Source: a virus
IMG/VR virus record: IMGVR_UViG_3300009503_000027
Span: 1 to 64,000 of that record
Direction: 5' to 3' (one strand)
Length of the DNA stretch: 64,000 nt
Shown: positions 1-7,869 of the stretch, in pieces
Numbering within the stretch: position 1 is the first letter of the stretch
How the letters are laid out: each line of letters begins with the position of its first letter
Made by a program: the position numbers and the translations under genes
The notes under the pieces: model-generated
Database searches by the model: none
The model's input: the letters and a program-made list of their open reading frames with translations, nothing else
Told to the model about the DNA's origin: nothing

Positions 1-263
1 CGGCCGCATGGCGGCCCCATGGCGGCCCCATGGGCGGCCGCATGGCGGCCCCATGGGCGGCCGCATGGCGGCCCCATGGGCGGCCGCATGGCGGCCCCAT
101 GGGCGGCCCCATGGGCGGCCGCATGGCGGCCCCATGGCGGCCCCATGGGCGGCCGCATGGCGGCCCCATGGGCGGCCGCATGGCGGCCCCATGGGCGGCC
201 CCATGGGCGGCCGCATGGCGGCCCCATGGGCGGCCGCATGGCGGCCCCATGGGCGGCCGCCAT
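1..263. repeat. GC-rich tandem microsatellite of 11/12-bp units, truncated at window edge
   Basis: About 22 units of GGCGGCCCCAT / GGGCGGCCGCAT / GGGCGGCCCCAT read directly. Confidence 0.95.
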
Positions 264-330
264 AACAGCTGCCACAGTTGCCAATGGACGCAAAGACGAA
301 CTTCCGTTCGCACTGCAGTCGGCGGGCACG

Positions 331-362
331 AAAAAAGGGCGGCCACCCGGCCGCCCTTTTTT
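331..362. terminator. Bidirectional intrinsic terminator
   Basis: AAAAAA-GGGCGGCC-accc-GGCCGCCC-TTTTTT, just downstream of the 369..740 minus gene. Confidence 0.85.
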
Positions 363-368
363 CGGACA

Positions 369-740
369 CTACGCGGCGGAATCGGCCTCGGCGAACGGCA
401 GATCCTGGGCCGCCTCGATGACCGCGGCGGCGATTTCACGCCCCACGGCCGCCAGCTCCGCGGCGGCCGGGTCATCGCTGCCGTTGAGCGCCAACGCGAG
501 ACACAGCACGCCAACCCCGGCGGCTTGCGACATCGGGAGCGGCCTAATGCCGAGGACATTCTCCGCACCGCCTTCCACTTCCACCAGCCCGTGCTTGCGC
601 AGGACATCGACCACGACATGTTGCGCGTACTCGCCGAGCGTTCGTGGCGCTCGGCCAGGGTACAGAATGCCCATGAATACCCTGGCCGGCGCCCGGCGCG
701 CGGGAGACGAGGCGGGCCTCCGCGAGACAATCCGAATCAT
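369..740 (-). CDS. Hypothetical protein (early-type gene)
   Basis: AAGGAGGT SD upstream of the ATG, terminator immediately after the stop. Confidence 0.75.
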   Translation of the reverse strand: MIRIVSRRPASSPARRAPARVFMGILYPGRAPRTLGEYAQHVVVDVLRKHGLVEVEGGAENVLGIRPLPMSQAAGVGVLCLALALNGSDDPAAAELAAVGREIAAAVIEAAQDLPFAEADSAA

Positions 741-880
741 TTAGCATACCTCCTTTTTGAAGGTTCGCAACCGATATCGGTATACCCATCCCCGCGCGGC
801 GTTAAACCCGCGGCGGGAAAATTTTTCCTGCCGTTCCCGCCATGCCCGCCAGCACGCCGGCCATGCGTTCCGCATGCGTA

Positions 881-966
881 ATGAACGATCGTTCATGCCA
901 ATGCCCGCGAAGCCTTGCGCCACAAGGCTTCCCGCGTTCTGCGGCTCTGAATGAACGTCCGTTCAG
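881..966. promoter_or_regulatory. Two TGAACG-N2-CGTTCA palindromes flanking a 9-bp inverted repeat (putative operator region)
   Basis: ATGAACGATCGTTCAT 881-896; GAAGCCTTG-N5-CAAGGCTTC 909-931; TGAACGTCCGTTCA 952-965. Confidence 0.55.
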
Positions 967-1037
967 CGCGTTACGTTCGCGCGGGCAGGTAACACGACGC
1001 GGGCAGAAAAATTCCCAAAAAAAATTTCTGGAACCTA

Positions 1038-1066
1038 TTGACACGCGCGCGCGTCTGTGCTATTGT
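1038..1066 (+). promoter_or_regulatory. Sigma70-type promoter
   Basis: TTGACA-17bp-TATTGT with extended TG and upstream A-tracts. Confidence 0.7.
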
Positions 1067-1130
1067 GAGGATGACGCCGGCAAAGGATGACGCCGGCAAC
1101 CCCTTAGAAAGAAGGAGGAAGAAGGAGGAG

Positions 1131-1304
1131 ATGACACGACAGCGCGCGGTGCTGGCATTGCTCTGGGTCGCGCGGCGGCTCATACCGCCGCGCGCCCGCG
1201 GCGGTTGGGCGCTGATTGGCCTCCTGCTGCAGGAATGCCTTGCCGCGGTTGACAGCCTGGGCGCGGAATGTGAGCAACGGCGGCACGCCCGCAGGCAAGG
1301 GTAG
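1131..1304 (+). CDS. Small hypothetical protein
   Basis: Doubled AAGGAGG SD before ATG 1131; promoter upstream and hairpin downstream. Confidence 0.55.
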   Translation: MTRQRAVLALLWVARRLIPPRARGGWALIGLLLQECLAAVDSLGAECEQRRHARRQG

Positions 1305-1327
1305 CTCTTTCCCCAACGCAATCCCAG

Positions 1328-1362
1328 GAAGGCCGGCGTGTAGACGCCGGCCTTCGCGTTTT
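1328..1362 (+). terminator. Probable terminator hairpin
   Basis: GAAGGCCGGCGT-gtag-ACGCCGGCCTTC 12-bp stem followed by gcgTTTT. Confidence 0.5.
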
Positions 1363-1409
1363 GCGCGTCTGCATGGCGTCTACACGTGCTACGGGCGTCT
1401 ACACGCGTC

Positions 1410-2240
1410 TACCGGCGGCAATCCTATCCCCATTATGCCTGTTCGTGGGCAATCCCATCACCATATATCCCTAAACGCCGTTCCCCATGGCGCCGGCGGC
1501 ATTCCCTTCCCAATGCCATATCCCCAAACCCATACCCTAACTCATTCCCATCCCCGTTCCCAATCCCCCCCCCAATCCCCATTCCCCCCAACCCTATTCC
1601 CCCCAATCCCCATTCCCCCCAACCCTATAGACGTATCTACATCTCACGGGCGGTGTCCATGATTCTGCCTGTGTAGAGCGCGCTCGCAACACCTATTACC
1701 GGCAGGACTCGCCGCGCGCTTCCCCGCAATGGCCTGAATCCCCACGGATCCGCCTGAATCGCCACGGAAAGTTCCGATGTGCCGTGCGTACTGGTCGGCG
1801 GCCCTGCCGCGCCTTTAATAGATGGGTATGGGGGGCAACGCGCGCGCGGGTGGGAGGCTGGGGATGCGTGGGGAATAACGCGCGGGCGGGCGGGAGGAGA
1901 CAGGTGTGGGGAGCGCGGGTGTGTGGGGGACAACGCGGCGTGGGCGTGGGGAGCGGCGTGGGCGCGGGCGGGGGATGTGAGGCGCGCGGGTGTAGGAGGG
2001 GGCGTGAGGCGGGTGTGGGGGGGGGATTGGGGGTGGTAAGGAGGAGAGAGGGGAGGGGATTGCCACCGAATTTTGGGCAGTGGGGGATGGGTGAGGGGAT
2101 GGGATGGGAATGATTGGATATAGGGATTAGGTGGGTGAGGAGTACGCCGGGGAGGGGAGGTAGGGTTCTAGGGTGAAGGGGGGGATGGGGAAGGGATAGG
2201 GATGCCGCCGTGTATGTATGGGGAATGCCACCGGCCTGGG
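1410..2240. repeat. Degenerate inverted C-rich / G-rich tracts (non-coding)
   Basis: C-rich 1410-1630 mirrored by G-rich 2015-2240; shared GGGAATGCCGCC-like motif in opposite orientations. Confidence 0.6.
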
Positions 2241-2336
2241 GGAAGGAAATTTCTGCACGAGGTGTAAACGCGGGCGCCGGTGGGTATCATAGTCCCAGGA
2301 AGGGGCGATGCCCCCAAGACATAGGAGGCGGTTGGC

Positions 2337-2618
2337 ATGAAATTCTATCGGTACAGGGTCGGAGAGAGCCGCATCACGGTCTCGCTACCAATGGAGGCTG
2401 GGTTGGCCGAAGACATATCCCGGAGCCTAGTCCTGCCGGAGGATGAGAAGCTGGTTCCGGTACCGGCGTGGACCGGGCCTGGGGGGTTCTAGGTCATAGG
2501 TGATGACATGGTCACCGCCTATGACGTCGAGCAGGGGAGTATCCACATCCTCTGGCAGGAGCCGATCTGGGCGGACGCGGAGATAGTGCGTGCCGTACGG
2601 CAGGCGGCGCAGGAGTAG
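2337..2618 (+). pseudogene. 93-codon ORF interrupted by one in-frame TAG
   Basis: AGGAGG SD, ATG 2337, MKFYRYRVGES...GPGGF*VIGDDMV...QAAQE*; internal TAG at 2490-2492. Confidence 0.55.
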
Positions 2619-2930
2619 GCCTGCTCTTTTGCGGCCACTAGCTGTTCCGCTGCCGCGCGAAAGACAGGCAGCCGGTGGGCAATCCGCCGCCTGCCTGTTG
2701 TCATTACGCGTCAGCGTTCCGCGCCCTGATGAACAAGGGATTGAGACACGCCGTGAAGCGTAGGCGCGTCTATGGGGTTGGGTATGGTTAGGGAATGCCG
2801 CCAGGCGCGTGTAATAGGCGTGGGTATGCCGCCGCGGGGGTGTTTGGTAGGGGTTGGAGGGTTATGAAGGTGGTTGCGGGCTTCTTCTGGCTGGTGGGGA
2901 GGGCTGCTTCCGGTGTCGGGGTCTGCCGGT

Positions 2931-3704
2931 TTATATTCGTGTTCCTTTGGGCATGAGGGAGTGGAGGGGGTAGAGGAGTGGGAGGGGGCTTGCTTCCACG
3001 ACGGGGTGTGGGGAGCCGAGGCGGCGGAGGGCCCGTTTGAGCCAGTCGGCAGTTTTGAAGGCTAGGCCGAGGCGCCGGCGGCCGATATCGCGGAGGAGGG
3101 TAGCGAGGGCCCAGGTACCTTGCAGGAGAGAACCTTGGATATAGTTAGAGAACCATGCTTGGGCATTTTCCGGGGCGGTAGCTACGGAGATGATGGTAGA
3201 GGGTGGCAGGATTCTCCATTCAGCGGTACCGAGTTGTGGGGAGTCGTGGAGGATATGGGTAGGGGGGATACGATCGGAGAGCCAGCCGGCGGCGTGGCAG
3301 GCATCTATTATGACGAGGGTAGTATATCTATGCCCCCAGCGGGGGGCGAAGGCGTTCCAGAGGTCGTCATCGGTGAACCAGGTACTTGTGTCTTGGGTAT
3401 CCGTATCATAGGTGAGGAGGGCTTCGTCGTAGTGGTCGGGTTCATCTTGGTTGGTGTCCCAGAGTTGGAGGCCGTGGCCGAGCCAGACCCAGACGATGGG
3501 GCCGTCATAGGAGACAAGTTTAGCGAGTTTACGTTTGAGTTGGGGGGTAGTGATGTTGAGGGTAGGGGGTTGGACTTGCCACCCGATGGCCTGGAAGGCT
3601 TCATTCCAGAGGCGGGCAGAATTCTCCACGGGGACCGGGGTGAGGTGAAGGTCGCGTGGTTCGGCGGGCAGGGCGCAGCCGGTGACCAGGGTACGTACTT
3701 TCAT
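2931..3704 (-). CDS. Caspase-family (peptidase C14, metacaspase-like) protease
   Basis: WLGHG-x-Q..D...DEPDHYDEAL and IIDACH motifs; His-Cys dyad intact. Confidence 0.8.
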   Translation of the reverse strand: MKVRTLVTGCALPAEPRDLHLTPVPVENSARLWNEAFQAIGWQVQPPTLNITTPQLKRKLAKLVSYDGPIVWVWLGHGLQLWDTNQDEPDHYDEALLTYDTDTQDTSTWFTDDDLWNAFAPRWGHRYTTLVIIDACHAAGWLSDRIPPTHILHDSPQLGTAEWRILPPSTIISVATAPENAQAWFSNYIQGSLLQGTWALATLLRDIGRRRLGLAFKTADWLKRALRRLGSPHPVVEASPLPLLYPLHSLMPKGTRI

Positions 3705-3752
3705 GTAGCATCACCATGCAGGATTGTAGCATATGATATAGGGATTGCCAAC

Positions 3753-4223
3753 TTACCTGGGTATGATAGCGGCCTGTGTGAGTTTCCAGCCATCGAGGCC
3801 TTGCTGGCGGGCTTGCCTCTTCGAGGGCATCCAGATATCCACCCAAAGGGCGTTATAGCGGGCAGCCTTGCGGTCGTTAGAGGGGGCTCCGCGGTCACGG
3901 ATACGCCGGAGGCCAGTTAGGGGTGTCCAGATACACCAGCCTTGGGGGATACGGTTAGCGCTTGCCGCATCGGGGCCCAGGGGCTGCCCGTGGCAATCTA
4001 CCCGTCCGCTACGGCCCTCCGAAGGATAGTAGGTGGTGAGGACAACGCGGTGTATGGGGGCAAGGTGCATTTGTATGCCTTTCTTGTAGGCTTGTTCTTG
4101 CCACGGCTGGAGGGGGCCATAAGCCCCGGCAAGGGCCTTATTAGCAACCTGGAGGAACGTATTGTCCCCGGCGGGGCCGCCGAAAAAACAAAAGGCTACC
4201 ATCAAGCAGATAGCTTGCTGCAT
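3753..4223 (-). CDS. 3D-domain (MltA/RlpA-like) cell-wall hydrolase with signal peptide
   Basis: Hydrophobic N-terminus; LTTYY...IPQG...IRDRG...VDIWMP pattern. Confidence 0.65.
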   Translation of the reverse strand: MQQAICLMVAFCFFGGPAGDNTFLQVANKALAGAYGPLQPWQEQAYKKGIQMHLAPIHRVVLTTYYPSEGRSGRVDCHGQPLGPDAASANRIPQGWCIWTPLTGLRRIRDRGAPSNDRKAARYNALWVDIWMPSKRQARQQGLDGWKLTQAAIIPR

Positions 4224-4248
4224 AACTGGGTTCCCTCCTATCAGAGAT

Positions 4249-4297
4249 ATTATATCATGATTGCGTGCTTGTCAAACAAGGGGGCATGTGTTATATT
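4249..4297. promoter_or_regulatory. Overlapping divergent sigma70-type promoters
   Basis: Plus: TTGTCA-17-TATATT. Minus: TTGACA-15-TATAAT with extended TG. They share ttgtcaa 4269-4275. Confidence 0.6.
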
Positions 4298-4327
4298 GAG
4301 GCCACTCTGATAGGCAGGTGATGAGAG

Positions 4328-4630
4328 ATGTTAGAGGCTTCTGGGGGCATGGTTGCTGCCGTGGCGGCGGTTGTCTGGCTTCTCATGGATATACAGAAGA
4401 AGGCCGAGAAGCGTGACTGGGAAGGTTTGCTGAAGCAGGTGGAGGTAGTGGCCGTGAGTATTATTTGTTGTGTAGCTTGTTGTGTGGATGTCTTAGGTGG
4501 GGGGACGGTGGCAGGGAAAGTTTTGACAGGCTTAGTGATTGCCGCCGTGAGTACGGGGTATCATAAAGTTGCAAGCACCGCGATAGCAGTACGTGATGCC
4601 AATATGGGAGACGCGCCTAACGAGCGCTGA
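4328..4630 (+). CDS. Putative holin (small membrane protein)
   Basis: 2-3 hydrophobic segments, directly before the endolysin. Confidence 0.6.
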   Translation: MLEASGGMVAAVAAVVWLLMDIQKKAEKRDWEGLLKQVEVVAVSIICCVACCVDVLGGGTVAGKVLTGLVIAAVSTGYHKVASTAIAVRDANMGDAPNER

Positions 4631-5346
4631 TGACCATGATAGGACGTCAAGTAACTCTCGAAGGCTTAGAAGAGCATCTCCGGGGCCTCCGGGGACGGTT
4701 CCTGGAAGGTCATACCGTCACCGAGCTTATCCTGCACCATACGTGGTCGCCAACGGCGGCCCAGTACAAAGGCCTGGATACCTGGGAAGCCATCCGGGCA
4801 TATCATATGAGGGAGCGTGGCTGGCGGGACATCGGCTACCATTTAGGTATCGGGCCGAAAGAGGAGGGTGTCTGGCTCTTGCGGCCGATGACGATGATTG
4901 GGGGCCACTGCACGGGCCATAACAGCAAAAGCATCGGTATCGCCATGGTGGGCAACTTCGACAAGGAAGATCCGGAGTTATGTCTGCCCCAGGCGGTGAG
5001 GGTGCTGGCGGTTTGTTGCCGTGTCTTAGGCTTAGGGCCAGAGGATATCTACTTCCATCGGGACTTTGCCAACAAGACGTGCCCGGGGACGAAAATCAGC
5101 CGCGCGGATGTCCGGGCCTCGGTGGAGCAACTCCTAAAAACAGCGCCCAGTACGCCAAAGAAGCCCGGGAAGCTGCAAGTTGTCCGCGTGATTGATGATA
5201 ACCGTACTGAGGCGATACCATGTAACCCGAAGGTGGAAGGGGATGTTGTCCGGTGTGACCTACGGGCCTTGGCCGAGGCCCTGGGTTACGTAGTCACCGA
5301 TCATATTAAGGATCAGGGAATAGTCTATATCAGTCGGCGGGGGTGA
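4630..5346 (+). CDS. Endolysin, N-acetylmuramoyl-L-alanine amidase (Amidase_2)
   Basis: ILHHT, RGWRDIGYH, GHC.GHNSKSIGI, HRD...KTCPG; C-terminal stalk-like LRALAEALG domain. Confidence 0.93.
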   Translation: MTMIGRQVTLEGLEEHLRGLRGRFLEGHTVTELILHHTWSPTAAQYKGLDTWEAIRAYHMRERGWRDIGYHLGIGPKEEGVWLLRPMTMIGGHCTGHNSKSIGIAMVGNFDKEDPELCLPQAVRVLAVCCRVLGLGPEDIYFHRDFANKTCPGTKISRADVRASVEQLLKTAPSTPKKPGKLQVVRVIDDNRTEAIPCNPKVEGDVVRCDLRALAEALGYVVTDHIKDQGIVYISRRG

Positions 5347-5353
5347 GCATCCA

Positions 5354-5545
5354 ATGGGATTCGTGCCTAACTTCTTGGAGAATGTACTGAAGCCCGTCTT
5401 AGAGGAGATGGGCGCATACAAGATAGTGAGCCAGCACTGGAAGGCAGTGAAAGCAACGCTTGAGGAGCGTTATGGGAAGTTATCTGCCCGCGAAGAGCAG
5501 ATTGCCCGTACCGCCTGCGAACGCCTAATAGAGCATATTGTGTGA
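5354..5545 (+). CDS. Hypothetical protein
   Basis: Tightly packed operon ORF. Confidence 0.65.
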   Translation: MGFVPNFLENVLKPVLEEMGAYKIVSQHWKAVKATLEERYGKLSAREEQIARTACERLIEHIV

Positions 5546-5850
5546 TAACGATGAACCGTGCTGAGGTAATGGCCCATCTGCGGGCCAGCACGATACCACG
5601 GGAGTATCATGAGTTTATTGCCGCCCAGGTAGAAGACGGCGACTATACCCTTGAAGATCTGCTACGTATCGCCGCAAGGCGCCTAATCGCATTGTGGGCA
5701 CTCTCTGATACTGAAGATGGGGCATTAGAGCGTCTTCTACGGATTGCCTTGCAGCAGGAGATGATTTTCTGGCACTTTCTATATAAGCTAGGCAAGCGCT
5801 TGGAGGTTGCCAATGAAATGGGAAATAGTGAGCATCCGGCGCCTGGATGA
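5542..5850 (+). CDS. Hypothetical protein
   Basis: Overlapping start/stop with neighbours. Confidence 0.65.
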   Translation: MITMNRAEVMAHLRASTIPREYHEFIAAQVEDGDYTLEDLLRIAARRLIALWALSDTEDGALERLLRIALQQEMIFWHFLYKLGKRLEVANEMGNSEHPAPG

Positions 5851-6016
5851 TGGCTCCCTCGAAGTCGAGCTGGTGCAGAGGGCGGTGGTAGTCTTGCCGC
5901 CAGCGGAATGGGCCGTGCAGCGTGGCAAGAGGGTACAGCGGCGGCCGGTGGAGGAGATCATGCAGAACATCCGCCAGCGGCTAAAGGGGGCGAAGCCCAG
6001 TGGCCAACCTAAGTAA
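5807..6016 (+). CDS. Hypothetical protein
   Basis: GGAGG SD near the start, packed operon. Confidence 0.6.
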   Translation: MPMKWEIVSIRRLDDGSLEVELVQRAVVVLPPAEWAVQRGKRVQRRPVEEIMQNIRQRLKGAKPSGQPK

Positions 6017-6281
6017 TCTTAGCTCCGATCTGCGCCTTGACCTGCAGGGCCTGGAAGTACCCGACGGCCTCGGCGAAGTTGCCCGGGTACGTAAGGCTGG
6101 CTTTATCCGGCTGGATGGGATGATGGAGGTGCGCTTTGAGTGGCATGGGCTGCAGCATACCGTTGTAGTTCCCGCAGATGCCTCTGCCGCGGCCGTGGGC
6201 CAAGCCATCCGTGAGTTCATAGGGCGTGTCGCTCTTGACTTTGCCATCTCTGAGCTCGTCGGGATGGAGGTAGAAGCCTGA
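6000..6281 (+). CDS. Hypothetical protein
   Basis: Stop overlaps the next ATG (TGATG). Confidence 0.65.
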   Translation: MANLSNLSSDLRLDLQGLEVPDGLGEVARVRKAGFIRLDGMMEVRFEWHGLQHTVVVPADASAAAVGQAIREFIGRVALDFAISELVGMEVEA

Positions 6282-7858
6282 TGGCTGTCAAGTATTGGGA
6301 CTATGCCAATGGGAGCGATACAACTGGTGACGGCTCGGCTGGCAATCCCTACAAGACACTCGATAAGGCCAGCGCGGAGGCCGGTGCAGGAGGCGAAGTG
6401 CGCTGTGCGGGGCAAGCCTTAGTGGATTTAGGAACTGCCACATGGACACAGGATAGCACAACTGTTACATTCAATAGTGCTCCTTCGTTGAGTGCTGGTG
6501 ACTGGATTAGGCCCGCCGGGGTAACAGACTGCCCCGCGTACCGCGTGGCAAGTGTTGCCGGCACCACTGTTACCCTCTCCTGGGCCTACCGCGGAGCAAG
6601 TGCTACTTGTACAACCCACAAAATACCCCTCGTGACACTCACAGCAGGGCTGAATGTAGCCGCTAATGCCCAGATTTTCACTTTCGGCTGGCGACTCTCC
6701 GATGAAACTCAGCCTGACGGTTATGTATCGGCCTTCCTAGGGAACATCGGCTCTTCCACGCCTATGATTAAAATCACGTATGGCGGGACATGGTATTGCA
6801 ATGGGCGGCTTTTCTTGCTCCAGAATGCCGCATATGACTATGCGGTATATTTCGCCTCTCCGGCATATGATGCAGGTTGCGAGTTCAAGGGGGCACTAGA
6901 CGTCAGCGGTTCTACGATACCGAGTGCGTTCTATGTTACCGCGGGGAACAATGCAGCTATCTGGAAGGTGCTGGTTGAAAAGCTATTAAGTTCATATAGT
7001 TATCAGGTCATCGGGGTTGTCCGCTCGGAGGTAGTTTTCCGCCATTTGGTGGCGCATAACACTGTTGCCCCCACGGGGAGTGCGGGGGCCGTGGCCTATA
7101 TTACAGAGGGTGGGGGCCGCCTATACATAGAGAACTTGCATGCGAGCTATGCTAAATGTGTGGCCTTCGCGTGGGCAGGGACATGCTACATTGGCCACCT
7201 CTGGGCGCGTCAAGCTAGTCAAGTAGGCTACCATTTGGTGGGGAGCAATTATGCCGAAGTTATATGCGGCTACTTTGACGGTGATGATACAGCCGTTACT
7301 GTGGCACAGCGCATCCGGTGTATTGTGGGTGGCCCCGTTACGCAGTGGGTCTATAAGGATGCTCATTGTGGGACTGCCGACAAAGTAGCTGGGCGCACTG
7401 GGTATGGTTTGCGGGTTGACCCCGCCAATTCAATAGTGCCGATGAGCTTGCCTTTCAGGTTTACTGTGGCTTCGGGGCAAACCGTAACAATATCATGTTA
7501 CGCCTATTATAGTGGGACAGGTGGAGTGCCCCGCGTATGGTGGGAACTATGTGACTCCCAGGGCTGTACAGTAGACGCACAACCTATTACTTTGCCTAAC
7601 GGGACGGGCTGGAGCAACGCACAGAAACTCAGCGTGACCTTCACGGGCACCACAGCGCAAGCTGGAGTAATGATAGCCTGGCTTCATATCTGTGATAATA
7701 GCGGCGGGGATGCTGTCTGTTATTTTGATGATTTTGAGCTGTCCACCGGTGCTGGTGACCGGAACACGATGGGTCTCGAGGTGCACGGCACCGAACTCAT
7801 TCTCCAGCAGGCGCAGGCCGCCGGAGGTAGTGGCATAGCGTTTCCAATAGGGCTATGA
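6281..7858 (+). CDS. Virion fibre/spike-like protein (beta-rich, possible C-terminal carbohydrate-binding domain)
   Basis: N-terminal GSDTTGDGSAGNPYKTL motif, Gly/Thr-rich, C-terminal YFDDFEL. Confidence 0.6.
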   Translation: MAVKYWDYANGSDTTGDGSAGNPYKTLDKASAEAGAGGEVRCAGQALVDLGTATWTQDSTTVTFNSAPSLSAGDWIRPAGVTDCPAYRVASVAGTTVTLSWAYRGASATCTTHKIPLVTLTAGLNVAANAQIFTFGWRLSDETQPDGYVSAFLGNIGSSTPMIKITYGGTWYCNGRLFLLQNAAYDYAVYFASPAYDAGCEFKGALDVSGSTIPSAFYVTAGNNAAIWKVLVEKLLSSYSYQVIGVVRSEVVFRHLVAHNTVAPTGSAGAVAYITEGGGRLYIENLHASYAKCVAFAWAGTCYIGHLWARQASQVGYHLVGSNYAEVICGYFDGDDTAVTVAQRIRCIVGGPVTQWVYKDAHCGTADKVAGRTGYGLRVDPANSIVPMSLPFRFTVASGQTVTISCYAYYSGTGGVPRVWWELCDSQGCTVDAQPITLPNGTGWSNAQKLSVTFTGTTAQAGVMIAWLHICDNSGGDAVCYFDDFELSTGAGDRNTMGLEVHGTELILQQAQAAGGSGIAFPIGL

Positions 7859-7869
7859 GGTGAACCCCG

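Noticed and set aside
1-263. CRISPR array
   Set aside because: Units are contiguous with no unique spacers. The Cas4-like gene is a standard phage exonuclease with no other cas genes.
8-881. Plus-strand ORFs starting in the microsatellite
   Set aside because: They are translations of a stop-free repeat and antisense to the SD-supported 369..740 gene.
1216-2113. Pro/Gly-rich ORFs over the C/G tracts
   Set aside because: Low-complexity by-products without SD signals.
3120-3920. 266-aa plus ORF
   Set aside because: Antisense shadow of the caspase-like gene.
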